Numbered from the stretch's first letter, positions 8,496-18,430 are shown. The stretch is 33,362 bases of DNA from an uncultured bacterium (GCA_964250455.1 CAXUFL010000050.1:1-33362), one strand, 5' to 3'. Numbers and translations: made by a program. Notes: a model not told the origin generated them from the letters alone.

Positions 8496-10484
8496 GTGAA
8501 TCCTTTTAACACGCTTCAACGTTTGTTACCGCTAACGCTTTCATTGTTCGCCGCAACCACAGTTGTCAATACAGCACGCAACGCTGAAGCTGCTACAGTT
8601 CGATCGCCATCAAGCACATTTATTGCAGCTCAACCTGTTCTAGCTCAAGCTGATACTCCGCAAGAGCGCAATGCATTCTCGATTCCGGTTTGGGCTTATA
8701 CGATCGGTGGCGTCGTTTTGCTGTTTATTTTCGTGCCTAGAATCGGCTGGATTGCAGGCTTGATTGTAATCGGTGAACGAGAAGTTGGCATTGTCACGAA
8801 AAAATTTGCCCGACAAAGCTTACCGCCAGGTCGATTGATTGCGCTCAACGGAGAAGCAGGATTGCAGGCAGATACGCTCGCTCCGGGTTGGCATTTTGGT
8901 TATTTTCCGTGGCAGTACAGCGTGCGGCGTGAACCTGTAGTCGTGATTCCACAAGGCGAAATTGGATTGATTGTGGCAAACGATGGCAACATGATTCCGC
9001 TCGATCGAATTTTGGGTCGCGTGGTGGATTGCGATAACTTTCAAGATGCCCGCAAATTTTTAACGCAAAACGGCGAGAAAGGGCGACAGCTAGGGATTTT
9101 GACGGCAGGAACGTATCGCATCAATACCGCACTGTTTGAAATTATTACGTCAGCAACGGCGACAAAACACGAAATGCAGCCGCATCGACTGCGCGTGTTT
9201 ACCGTTGATCCCGATCGTGTGGGAATTGCAACTGCATTGGACGGAATGCCGATCGACGCGGGTGAAATCGCAGGCGCAATTATTCCCGATCACGATAGCT
9301 TTCAGAAAGCCGATCGCTTTATCAGCGGCGGGGGACGACGCGGACTGCAAGAGCAGGTAATCTTGTCTGGATCGTGGAACCTCAATCCGTGGTTTGTGCA
9401 GGTTGAAACCGTACCGATGACCGAAGTGCCGATCGGCTATGTGGGCGTCGTGATTTCGTTTGTGGGAGAATCGCACCGGGATGTCAGTGGCGATTCGTTT
9501 ACGCACGGCAATCTGGTGAACAAAGGCGATAAAGGCGTTTGGATCGAGCCGCTTTATCCAGGAAAACATCCGCTTAATACGCACATTATGAAAGTGGAAC
9601 TGGTGCCCACAACGAATATTGTGCTGAACTTTACCGCTCGGTTTAGCGGCGAACATGGTTATGACGCCAAACTCGTCGCGCTGAAGCTTTTATCGTTTGA
9701 CGGCTTCAGCTTTGATTTAGAAGTGTTCCAAATTATTCACGTTGGCGCACTCGACGCTCCGAAAGTGATTTCTCGATTAGGGTCAATGCAAAACTTGGTC
9801 GATCACGTCTTGCGCCCGATCGTGGGTAACTATTTCCGCAATTCCGCTCAGGAATTCACGATTCTCGACTTTCTCACCGCTCGTAGCGAACGTCAAGCGG
9901 AATCTGCTGAGTATGTGCGGCAAGCGCTGCGGGCGTATGACGTGCAGGCAGTAGATACGCTGATCGGACTGATCACGCCGCCGCCGGAACTGATGCAAAC
10001 CTTGACCGATCGCAAAATTGCCGAAGAGCAGCAAAAAACCTACGAAGTGCAGCGCATTGCTCAAACTCAGCGTCAAGAACTTGTGCGAGAAACTGCTTTA
10101 GCCGACATTCAAAAAGAAGTCGTTACGGCACGAGAAGGCGTCAAAATTGCAGAACTGCACGCCGAATCTCAAGTGAAACAAGCCAACGGAGAAGCGGAAT
10201 CGATTCGACTGACCGGACAAGCCAAAGCTGATGCGTATCAAGCGGGCGTTAATTCGCTCGGTTCACAAGCTTACACCGCGCTGCAACTAATGCAGGTAAT
10301 CGGCGATCGACAAGTGCGCGTCGTTCCTGATGTTGCGGTAAGCGGCAATAACGGATCAGGCTTAATCGACGGTTTGATGGGCATGATGCTGTGGAATCAA
10401 GCGAAACCCCCGCAAAACGGCAACGGTCATGCCGCAATTCCAACGGAAATCGTGCCGAAATTAAACAACGATTCTGATGCATAG
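8496..10484 (+). CDS. Flotillin-like SPFH/Band-7 family protein
   Basis: GTG start with a GAGGA ribosome-binding site 8 nt upstream. One or two N-terminal hydrophobic helices precede an SPFH domain. The C-terminus is Glu/Ala/Gln-rich coiled-coil (AEEQQKTYEVQRIAQTQRQELVRETALADIQKEV...AKADAYQAG), typical of flotillins. The exact start is uncertain, since in-frame TTG codons exist downstream. Confidence 0.75.
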   Translation: MNPFNTLQRLLPLTLSLFAATTVVNTARNAEAATVRSPSSTFIAAQPVLAQADTPQERNAFSIPVWAYTIGGVVLLFIFVPRIGWIAGLIVIGEREVGIVTKKFARQSLPPGRLIALNGEAGLQADTLAPGWHFGYFPWQYSVRREPVVVIPQGEIGLIVANDGNMIPLDRILGRVVDCDNFQDARKFLTQNGEKGRQLGILTAGTYRINTALFEIITSATATKHEMQPHRLRVFTVDPDRVGIATALDGMPIDAGEIAGAIIPDHDSFQKADRFISGGGRRGLQEQVILSGSWNLNPWFVQVETVPMTEVPIGYVGVVISFVGESHRDVSGDSFTHGNLVNKGDKGVWIEPLYPGKHPLNTHIMKVELVPTTNIVLNFTARFSGEHGYDAKLVALKLLSFDGFSFDLEVFQIIHVGALDAPKVISRLGSMQNLVDHVLRPIVGNYFRNSAQEFTILDFLTARSERQAESAEYVRQALRAYDVQAVDTLIGLITPPPELMQTLTDRKIAEEQQKTYEVQRIAQTQRQELVRETALADIQKEVVTAREGVKIAELHAESQVKQANGEAESIRLTGQAKADAYQAGVNSLGSQAYTALQLMQVIGDRQVRVVPDVAVSGNNGSGLIDGLMGMMLWNQAKPPQNGNGHAAIPTEIVPKLNNDSDA

Positions 10485-12225
10485 CGGTCAGGATGCTTTC
10501 TGCTTTAATTGTGGGTGTGTGTCGCCGCACCCGTCAGCATTGCAAAGTCGGTGCGCTGCGTGCGGCGATTTACTTCGATTACAAAGTCGATACCGCGCAC
10601 TGCGTTTGCTTGGGCAAAGTGACTTGAGTCGAACTTTTTTAGCGGTTGATGAAACCACGATCGATGTCTGTGTTATCAAGCAGTATTCACACAAAGATCA
10701 ACGCTGGAAAACGCAAATTGAGTTACTAAAAAGACTAGAAGGTAATTCACAAATTCCAGCGCTACTCGATTATTTTGAGCAGAATCAGTATTACTATCTT
10801 GTACAGAAATACGTTGAAGGTGAAACGCTATTAACAACGCTAGAAAGAAAAGGAAATTTTAGCGAAGCTGAAATCTGGGAAATTCTAGAAAATGTTTTAC
10901 GAATCCTTCAGTTTATTCATGCGCACGATGTGATTCATCGCGATATTAAACCGCAAAATCTGATCAGTCGAAATGCTGAAATCGTTCTAATCGATTGCGA
11001 TTCAGCCAGTTTTCGAGATGATTTAATTGGGTTGAATCAGATTGTGGGTAGCGCGGAATATGCTGCACCAGAGCAGCTAAAAGGTCAAGCCGTTTTTGCA
11101 AGTGATTTATACAGCTTAGGTATTACAAGTTTGCAATTGCTTACAGGTATCGAGCCGTTTCATTTCGTCGATCGCTCTCTATATCGACCAAAGCTGAACG
11201 ATCGACTCGCGCAATTTCTCGATCGATTAACCGCCCCGATGCTGATCGATCGCTTCGATTCTGCTAAAGCCGCTTTAAGTGAACTTTCACGCTTAAGAGG
11301 TAAAAAGCTATCTGAGCCACCGATCGCCCATCGAAAATTGTGGCATTACACCACAACAATACACGGACATCAAGGCTTATTTGCGAACATTAACGCGGCT
11401 GCAATTTCTCCAAACAATCAGCGAATCGCGAGTGCAAGCGATGACAAAACAGTGCGATTGTGGAATGCGAAGGGAACGGCGATCGCGGTTTTGCAAGGAC
11501 ACACGAATTTTGTTCAAACCGTTGCTTTTCATCCGCATCGATCGGATTTGTTGATCAGTGCGGGGCGCGATCGTACGATTAAATTTTGGCAAAACGATCA
11601 AAACATCCGCACGATTTCGGCGCACACGGGCACAATTCATTCTGCTGCCTTTAGCCCGGATGGAGCGACGATCGCATCAGGTAGCGCGGATAAAACCGTG
11701 AAGCTTTGGAATGCTGAAACCGGAGCGTTAATTACAGCGTTCGTCGGACACACTTTGAGCGTCAATGCAGTGGCAATTAGCCCGAACGGAACTTGGATTG
11801 CGAGTGCAAGCGCAGATGCAACGGTTCGGATTTGGAATTTGCAAACCTTTGAGTTGATTGCAACACTGATTGGACATACAGGAACCGTCAGAGCGATCGC
11901 CATTAGCGCTGATAACGAGCTACTTGCAACAGGCGGCGAAGATAAATCAATTCGGATTTGGAACACCTGCAATTGGCACTGTGTTTCGGTGCTGTCGGGT
12001 CATCCGTGGTCGGTGTCAGGATTAGCTTTTACAGCAACAGAACTCATTAGCAGCAGTTGGGATCAAACCGTTAAAACGTGGGAGATTGAAACAGGTCAGG
12101 AAATCGATAAACTAATCGGTCATACCGATTCGATTACGAGTTTGGCGGTTGCTGGCGATCGAACGTTTTTAGTCACGGGAAGCCGCGATCGTACAGTTAA
12201 AATTGCACACCGCGATCAGGCGTAA
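10477..12225 (+). CDS. Ser/Thr protein kinase with N-terminal zinc ribbon and 7 C-terminal WD40 repeats (atypical G-loop)
   Basis: A CxxC...CxxC ribbon (CFNCGC...CAACG) begins the protein. Kinase subdomains follow: VIKQY (Lys), IELL (Glu), VIHRDIKPQNL (HRD), SAEYAAPE (APE). The Gly-rich loop reads LGQSDLSRT and DCD replaces DFG. Seven WD repeats are present (RLWN, KFWQ, KLWN, RIWN, RIWN, KTWE, KIAH). The ATG overlaps the flotillin stop (ATGCATAG). Confidence 0.85.
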   Translation: MHSGQDAFCFNCGCVSPHPSALQSRCAACGDLLRLQSRYRALRLLGQSDLSRTFLAVDETTIDVCVIKQYSHKDQRWKTQIELLKRLEGNSQIPALLDYFEQNQYYYLVQKYVEGETLLTTLERKGNFSEAEIWEILENVLRILQFIHAHDVIHRDIKPQNLISRNAEIVLIDCDSASFRDDLIGLNQIVGSAEYAAPEQLKGQAVFASDLYSLGITSLQLLTGIEPFHFVDRSLYRPKLNDRLAQFLDRLTAPMLIDRFDSAKAALSELSRLRGKKLSEPPIAHRKLWHYTTTIHGHQGLFANINAAAISPNNQRIASASDDKTVRLWNAKGTAIAVLQGHTNFVQTVAFHPHRSDLLISAGRDRTIKFWQNDQNIRTISAHTGTIHSAAFSPDGATIASGSADKTVKLWNAETGALITAFVGHTLSVNAVAISPNGTWIASASADATVRIWNLQTFELIATLIGHTGTVRAIAISADNELLATGGEDKSIRIWNTCNWHCVSVLSGHPWSVSGLAFTATELISSSWDQTVKTWEIETGQEIDKLIGHTDSITSLAVAGDRTFLVTGSRDRTVKIAHRDQA

Positions 12226-12284
12226 TTAATTGCTAATCAAGACTGCTATTCTTGAATCTAAACGATTCGCGCTAGTGTAGAAGC

Positions 12285-15200
12285 ATGAGCAGTTCTGACA
12301 TTGAAAATCGTCGTAATGCGTTAATCGAGGGCTATCGCAAAGCATCGCCACTCAGACAGCAGATTGTTCAGCTTTTGTCGATCGCTTATGAGCCAATCAG
12401 CCGTGCGGTAATCTTGATTTGTTTGAATCAATTTGGAGCCTGCGATAAAAACGATAAACCGTTAACGGCTGCAACGCTGAAAACCCAAATTGATGCATTG
12501 ATCGAGTTAGAGTTATTAACTCAAGAACCGTCTCAAGGGCCCCAATGCAACCGTTTACTTGTTGAAGTTGCCACACGCGATGCAGTCAAAACTGGAACGT
12601 TTGAACCGTTTGCCAACATCGTGCAACAGCAAATCCCGATTCGGACAGGTTGGAATCAAGACACGCGATTTTTTACCGGGGAACGTCAATTAATTCGCGA
12701 AGTTCGGATTGGCATTTATCGAAGTGATCTTCAATTCGTGAATCAGCAGTTCTCAGAGTATTACCGATACAATTACCAAAAAGATAAACGATCGACCGAA
12801 GAGATATTAACTCAAATATTCAATAATCCATTCGATTCTGCATGGCTTGGCACGTTATCAACCGAGCTATATGACACAGCAATCCTGAGCGTGCTGAATC
12901 AATCGCTTTTGAAATTAACGCCTGCGGATGAAGCGTTTGAATTACTGTGCGAAGACTGTGTTCATTTAGAAAACACGCTGGATTGGAAGCGTGGATTGTG
13001 GATCGAGCAGCTTATTTTGCGGGGACGATTAACCGACGCTCAGCAAGCTTTAGAGTCGATGACAGGAAAAAGCCGCGACGCTGCCGCCGTTTTGTGGGGA
13101 TGGCTTTATTTTCTTAGAGGCGAGAATGATCGCGCGATCGAGCAGTTCACGATCGCGCTAACGACAATTCGTAAAGCAAGCGGCAAGCGAAAATATTACT
13201 TTCAATCGATCGCAGGCGTCTTTTTTGTATTAGCTCTGATTAAAGCGCCTCAGCTTGATACAGCGAAAACTTACGCAACCCTAGCACGACAAGCAAAAAC
13301 CTGGATTAGTTCGACGTATGAAACGATCGAGAAATTTATTCAGCTTCAGCAAGGCGATTTGACGCAAAAAGAATGGATTATTTCGCTCACGCCGCACCGA
13401 CAGCAGCACAGCCTCGAAGCGTTAATCAATTCGCTGATTTTGTACTGGACAGATGACACGCAGGCTAAAAAGGTTCTCTCGTCGATTTTAGAGCCGTTGT
13501 GCGAACAAGCTAAAGCAAGCAGCTACACCTGGATCGCGCTGGAATTTGCGGAGCTTTTAGGGCGGTTTAAGCCAAAAAGCCAATTTGCAACGCAATCCGA
13601 ACAACTGCAACAGGAAATTGGCATTGCCTCGATCGTGAATCTGATCGAATCTCAAGAAGCTTGGGAACTCTCGCTCACGGCTTTAACCAATCTGCGCCAA
13701 CCGCCTTTATCCGAGGAAAAGCCTGACAATCGACGTTTAGCGTGGTTTCTGACGCTGTATACAAACAACTGGACGCTGCAACCGCGTGAGCAATCAATCA
13801 ACGCTAAAGGAGAATGGGGCAAAGGACGCCCGATCGCGCTCAAACGATTAAGCCGCACCCCCGATGAGTTTGCTTATTTAACCGCCCAAGATCGAAAAGT
13901 TCTAACGCATCTCAAAGCGTCAACCTATGGCTATTACGGACAGATAGAATACCGATTAGGAGAAGGCGCGATCGCAGCTTTAATCGGTCATCCGCTTGTG
14001 TTTTGGGAAGACACCACGACGCGCATCGAATTAGTTAAAGGCGAACCGGAATTAGTGGTCAAGCACGGAAAGGGCGATCGATTTACGCTCTCGATCGCGC
14101 CGGATCTACCGCAAAAGCAAGACGTTTTAGTGATTAAAGAAAGCCCAACGCGATTAAGAATCATTGAAATCACGGCTGAACACCGCCACATCGCTGGAAT
14201 TTTGGGCAGCAAAAATCGTTTAGAAGTTCCTGCGACAGCAAAAGCGCGAGTGCTCGACGCGATTAACTCGGTGTCTGGAATTCTCACCATTCATTCCGAT
14301 ATCGGCGGCGAACTTGCCAATGCTGAAACCGTGCCTTCTGATCCAAAACCGCACGTTCATTTATTGCCTGCGGGAAGCGGTCTAAAGGTTTCGGTTTTAG
14401 TGCGTCCGTTTGGGCAAGGTGGCTCTTACTACCGCTCTGGAATCGGCGGCGAAACGGTGATTGCAGAAATCGAAGGCAAGCGATTACAAACAACGCGAAA
14501 CCTGAAGCAAGAAAAACAGCTTAGCAAAGCGGTGATTGCTGCCTGTCCAACTTTAGCAACGCAAGATGAATACGATTCTGAATGGTTTATTGACGATCCA
14601 GAATTGTGTTTGGAATTGCTGATTGAATTGCAGGAATTAGGCGATCGCATCACGATCGCGCATCCCGAAGGCGAACGCTTTCAAATCAAGCATTATGCAG
14701 GCTTAAACAATTTCCATCTCAAAATTCAACAGCAGCGCGATTGGTTTGCAACGAGTGGCGAATTAAAGTTTGATGATCAATCTATTCTGGATATGCAGCA
14801 GTTATTAAGACTGCTTGAGCAAACGTCGAGCCGTTTTATTCCGCTCGGTGATGGTCAGTTTTTAGCGTTGACGCAAGAGTTTCGCAAACGATTAGATGAA
14901 CTGCGTGCTGTGTCCGAAAAGCACGGAAAAGGACTGCGATTTCCTGCGTTGGCGTCGGTGGCGATCGAAGATTGGATCGACGAAGTAGGCGATTTAGAGG
15001 TCGATCGTCAATGGCAAGAACACATTGCTCGCCTTAAAGCGGTGCAAACGCTAGAACCAACGCTACCGTCAACGCTACAAGCAGAGCTACGCGATTACCA
15101 AATGGAAGGATTTCGCTGGCTGGCAAGGCTGGCGGCTTGGGGCGTCGGCGCGTGTTTAGCCGACGGCATGGGATTAGGTAAAACGTTGCAGGCGTTGGCG

Positions 15201-16466
15201 TTGATTTTGTCGCGGGCAGCAGACGGCGCAACGCTCGTGATCGCGCCGACTTCGGTGTGCATGAATTGGATTAGCGAAGCTGATCGATTCGCGCCAACGC
15301 TCAACGTGATTCAGTTTAGATCAGGCGATCGTCAAACCGTACTGGATAATCTTAAACCGTTTGATTTGCTCGTTTGTAGCTATGGACTATTGCAGCAAGA
15401 AGACGTGGCGCAAAAACTTGCAAACGTGGAATGGCAAACGATCGTGCTCGATGAAGCGCAATCGATCAAAAACTTTGCGACAAAGCGATCGCAAGCGGCG
15501 ATGAATCTGCAAGGCAAATTTAAACTGATTACAACGGGAACGCCGATCGAAAATCATTTAGGCGAGTTATGGAATTTGTTTCGCTTTATCAATCCTGGCT
15601 TACTCGGATCGCTTGAAACGTTTAACGAACGATTTGCCGTGCCGATCGAGCGCTTCGACGACAAGCAAGCCCGCCAGCGATTAAAAAAGCTGATTCAACC
15701 TTTTCTACTGCGCCGCACCAAAACGCAGGTTTTACAAGAACTACCGTCGCGCACCGAAATCGTTTTGCATGTTGAATTGAGCGCTGAAGAGCGCGTATTT
15801 TACGAAGCATTGCGGCGAGCCGCGATCGAGAAACTAAGTGAACTCGATGTGCCTGTGGGACAGCATCAGCTCCAGGTACTTGCTGAAATTATGAAGCTGC
15901 GTCGAGCCTGCTGCAATCCTCAACTCGTCGTGCGTGATGCTTTGATTGGGAGCGCTAAGCTTCAGCTTTTTGGGGAAGTTCTAACCGAACTGCTCGACAA
16001 TCGCCACAAAGTATTGGTGTTTAGTCAGTTTGTGGATCATTTGCAGATTTTACGATCGTACCTCGACGCTCAATCGATTTCTTATCAATACCTCGACGGC
16101 AGCACGCCCGCACAAGAGCGCAAAAAACGAGTCGATGCTTTTCAAGCGGGAAACGGCGATGTGTTTCTAATCAGCCTCAAAGCAGGCGGCACCGGACTGA
16201 ATCTGACTGCTGCTGATTATGTGATTCACATGGATCCGTGGTGGAATCCGGCGGTCGAAGATCAAGCTAGCGATCGCGCTCATCGCATCGGGCAGCAGCG
16301 ACCCGTAACGATTTACCGACTGGTGGCAAAAGACACGATCGAAGATCAAATCGTAGATCTCCATCAGCACAAGCGTGAATTAGCTGATAGCCTGCTGGAT
16401 GATGCGGACGTAAGCGGGAAAGTCTCGATCAACGACTTGCTAAAACTCATTCAGGGCAAGAGTTAA
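12285..16466 (+). CDS. SNF2-family helicase (1393 aa) with large N-terminal SNF2-associated region
   Basis: The C-terminal half carries SNF2 motifs: LADGMGLGKTLQ (I), DEAQSIKN (II), TGTPIEN (III) and QASDRAHRIGQQRPV (VI). The N-terminal roughly 850 aa resembles the bacterial SNF2-associated extension. ATG at 12285. Confidence 0.85.
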   Translation: MSSSDIENRRNALIEGYRKASPLRQQIVQLLSIAYEPISRAVILICLNQFGACDKNDKPLTAATLKTQIDALIELELLTQEPSQGPQCNRLLVEVATRDAVKTGTFEPFANIVQQQIPIRTGWNQDTRFFTGERQLIREVRIGIYRSDLQFVNQQFSEYYRYNYQKDKRSTEEILTQIFNNPFDSAWLGTLSTELYDTAILSVLNQSLLKLTPADEAFELLCEDCVHLENTLDWKRGLWIEQLILRGRLTDAQQALESMTGKSRDAAAVLWGWLYFLRGENDRAIEQFTIALTTIRKASGKRKYYFQSIAGVFFVLALIKAPQLDTAKTYATLARQAKTWISSTYETIEKFIQLQQGDLTQKEWIISLTPHRQQHSLEALINSLILYWTDDTQAKKVLSSILEPLCEQAKASSYTWIALEFAELLGRFKPKSQFATQSEQLQQEIGIASIVNLIESQEAWELSLTALTNLRQPPLSEEKPDNRRLAWFLTLYTNNWTLQPREQSINAKGEWGKGRPIALKRLSRTPDEFAYLTAQDRKVLTHLKASTYGYYGQIEYRLGEGAIAALIGHPLVFWEDTTTRIELVKGEPELVVKHGKGDRFTLSIAPDLPQKQDVLVIKESPTRLRIIEITAEHRHIAGILGSKNRLEVPATAKARVLDAINSVSGILTIHSDIGGELANAETVPSDPKPHVHLLPAGSGLKVSVLVRPFGQGGSYYRSGIGGETVIAEIEGKRLQTTRNLKQEKQLSKAVIAACPTLATQDEYDSEWFIDDPELCLELLIELQELGDRITIAHPEGERFQIKHYAGLNNFHLKIQQQRDWFATSGELKFDDQSILDMQQLLRLLEQTSSRFIPLGDGQFLALTQEFRKRLDELRAVSEKHGKGLRFPALASVAIEDWIDEVGDLEVDRQWQEHIARLKAVQTLEPTLPSTLQAELRDYQMEGFRWLARLAAWGVGACLADGMGLGKTLQALALILSRAADGATLVIAPTSVCMNWISEADRFAPTLNVIQFRSGDRQTVLDNLKPFDLLVCSYGLLQQEDVAQKLANVEWQTIVLDEAQSIKNFATKRSQAAMNLQGKFKLITTGTPIENHLGELWNLFRFINPGLLGSLETFNERFAVPIERFDDKQARQRLKKLIQPFLLRRTKTQVLQELPSRTEIVLHVELSAEERVFYEALRRAAIEKLSELDVPVGQHQLQVLAEIMKLRRACCNPQLVVRDALIGSAKLQLFGEVLTELLDNRHKVLVFSQFVDHLQILRSYLDAQSISYQYLDGSTPAQERKKRVDAFQAGNGDVFLISLKAGGTGLNLTAADYVIHMDPWWNPAVEDQASDRAHRIGQQRPVTIYRLVAKDTIEDQIVDLHQHKRELADSLLDDADVSGKVSINDLLKLIQGKS

Positions 16467-16660
16467 GGACGTTTCCACGACGTCAGCGAATAAAGCGCGA
16501 TCGCTGACCAAACTAATCCAAACGTCACCGCATGAATCGAAGTAAACGTTTCATGATACAAAAACACGCCCAGTAAAAGCTGAAGACTGGGGGCTAGATA
16601 CTGAAAGAATCCGAGCGTTGAAAGCCGCAATCGCTTTGCTGCATGGTTAAACCACAGCAG
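16463..16660 (-). pseudogene. rarD: rarD C-terminal fragment, displaced by the IS insertion
   Basis: Manual minus-strand translation of 16660..16466 gives LLWFNHAAKRLRLSTLGFFQYLAPSLQLLLGVFLYHETFTSIHAVTFGLVWSAIALYSLTSWKRP, stop TAA at 16465..16463. This is the conserved RarD C-terminus (RLRLSTLGFFQY). It continues the N-terminal fragment at ...TALP | LLWF. Confidence 0.7.
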
Positions 16661-16709
16661 GGTTGACGCTCTCCCTCCAACCCTTCGGGTATGGACGAAG
16701 ATTCTTGAT

Positions 16710-17915
16710 TCATCGACTCTTAGCTAGACTGTCGCCAGTCCCCGCCAGACCGTCTCCACAAGCATTTTGCTCAACCGTGCGCCCCACGGCTCTATTTCTA
16801 ATCACCTGAGCGCTGGCAACATCGCGAGGCTTAGAAGATCCGCAATTTTGGCACTCATGCCAACGGTCTTTGAGAGCCTTGCTCACTGTTGCCCCGCAAT
16901 CAGGGCATTCCTGACTCGTGCCACGGGCATCTTCTTTTTGATAAGCCTTGCCACGCTTGAAGCACACCCACGGCAAGATTTGGTTCAGAAATTGCCCGTG
17001 ACCCGCATCCAGCATGTGTTTGCCAAGAAACCCACGACTCAAGCCAATTAGGTTTAACTGTTCTACCGCAATCGTTTCGCCTTGATCGCAAAGCTTGTGA
17101 GCGGTCTTGAAGTGGAAGTCTTTGCGCGTGCTTGAGATGCGTTCATGCAGTCTCGCCACCTTCTTCTGAGTCTTCCGCCAATTGCTCGACCCCATGACTT
17201 TGCGTTTTAGTCTGCGTTGCAGCAATTTAAGCTCGCGTTGCATCTCCACAAAGAACATAGGACGCTCAATCTCCAACCCATCCGACGTGGACAGAAAGTA
17301 TTGCAACCCAACATCAACCCCCACGACATGACCCGTGATTGAAGTATCAGGAATGTCGATATCAGCCTGAAATGTCAGCATCAAATAGAACCCTGATGCT
17401 CGTTTCACAACCCTTGCCTGCTTGACGTTGAATCCATCAGGCGCAGGTCGGGATCGTCTGAACCTGACTGCTCCAATGGATGGCAGTTTGATTACGCCTT
17501 GTCCTAGTGGGTTTTTACCAAGTTGAGGAAACACAAAAGACCTCATCCTCCCCCGCTTTTTGAAGCGCGGAAAGCCGAAATTGCGGTCTTTCATATCCTT
17601 AAACGCCTTGTCCAGCTTCTTCAGAACTTGCTGTAATACCTGGGCGTTGACCGAACTTAATCGCTCATTGGTCTTCTTCGCTTCGGTTAGTGCTTTGCAT
17701 TGTTCTGCATACCCTGGGTACGGTGCATCCACGCTCATGATGTACTCGCTTTGCAGCGAGCAAGCATTGACTGGACACTTGCGCGAGGCAATCCAATCTT
17801 TACGCTCTCACAATGCATAATTCCAAACCGACGCGCAAACATCCAGGATGTGCTCCATCTCGGTGATTTGAGCCTTGTTTGGAATTAGCTTGTACTCGTA
17901 AGTTAGTGTTAGCAT
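16710..17915 (-). pseudogene. tnpB: IS605-family TnpB (RNA-guided endonuclease) interrupted by an in-frame TGA at codon 36
   Basis: ATG at 17915..17913 gives MLTLTYEYKLIPNKAQITEMEHILDVCASVWNYAL, then TGA (17810..17808). The same frame continues ERKDWIASRKCPVNACSLQSEYIMSVDAPY... to the C-terminal zinc finger CPDCG...CQNCG and the stop at 16710. 401 sense codons plus the internal stop. Confidence 0.75.
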
Positions 17916-17944
17916 GACGGCATTCTAGCTTAGTTATTCTACTC

Positions 17945-18355
17945 ATGCAACAGTTAAACACCCTCTACCACTGCGTTTACAACATTCAATTTCATTTAGT
18001 TGTGTGCACCAAGTACCGCAGAAGATGTATTACTAAGCCGATGCTAGACAGACTCAATGAGATTTTTGCGGCAACTTTAGAGAAGTGGAAAGGTTCATTG
18101 ATCGAATTCAACGGTGAATCAGATCACGTTCATGCGCTAATTTCTGTCAATCCCAAAACACAGCCCTCTAAGCTGGTGAACAATCTAAAAACTGTTTCTA
18201 GTCGGTTGATTCGTAAAGAGTTTTCTGAGCAGGCGCAGAAGGCTTATCGGGATAAACCTGTTTTTTGGAGCCGATCTTACTGCCTGATTAGCTGTGGCGG
18301 TGCTCCACTCTCTGTCCTCAAGCAGTACATCCAGCAACAAGCTGAGATTGACTGA
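17945..18355 (+). CDS. tnpA: IS200/IS605-family Y1 (HUH) transposase TnpA
   Basis: 136 aa with the HuH motif HVHALIS and catalytic-Tyr region (RSYCLISCGG). Typical size. Confidence 0.85.
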   Translation: MQQLNTLYHCVYNIQFHLVVCTKYRRRCITKPMLDRLNEIFAATLEKWKGSLIEFNGESDHVHALISVNPKTQPSKLVNNLKTVSSRLIRKEFSEQAQKAYRDKPVFWSRSYCLISCGGAPLSVLKQYIQQQAEID

Positions 18356-18430
18356 TTGCTCCCTTCGGTCGCGCTCCGCTTCACCCCCAACCAAGCCTGT
18401 CGGCTATGGTTGGAGCACTGCGAAGAGTCT

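Larger units (their letters stand above)
16661..18430. mobile_element. IS200/IS605-family insertion sequence (divergent tnpA/tnpB), about 1.77 kb
   Basis: Boundaries are inferred from the rarD breakpoints. Subterminal hairpins are gggttg..caaccc plus cccttcggg at 16660..16689, and ccaacc..ggttgg at 18387..18413. It carries a Y1 HUH transposase and a TnpB. Confidence 0.75.

Noticed and set aside
9150-9656. 168-aa antisense ORF inside the flotillin gene. Similar ones lie at 11637..11972 inside the kinase, 5006..5473 inside GH13, 6535..6840 inside dxr and 21968..22501 inside btpA.
   Set aside because: They are antisense or out-of-frame to strongly supported genes. They are Arg/Cys/His-rich and low-complexity, which is typical of spurious ORFs in biased-composition DNA.
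17560-17888. Plus-strand ORFs of 86 and 62 aa inside the IS element
   Set aside because: They are antisense to the tnpB reading frame, which has clear homology.
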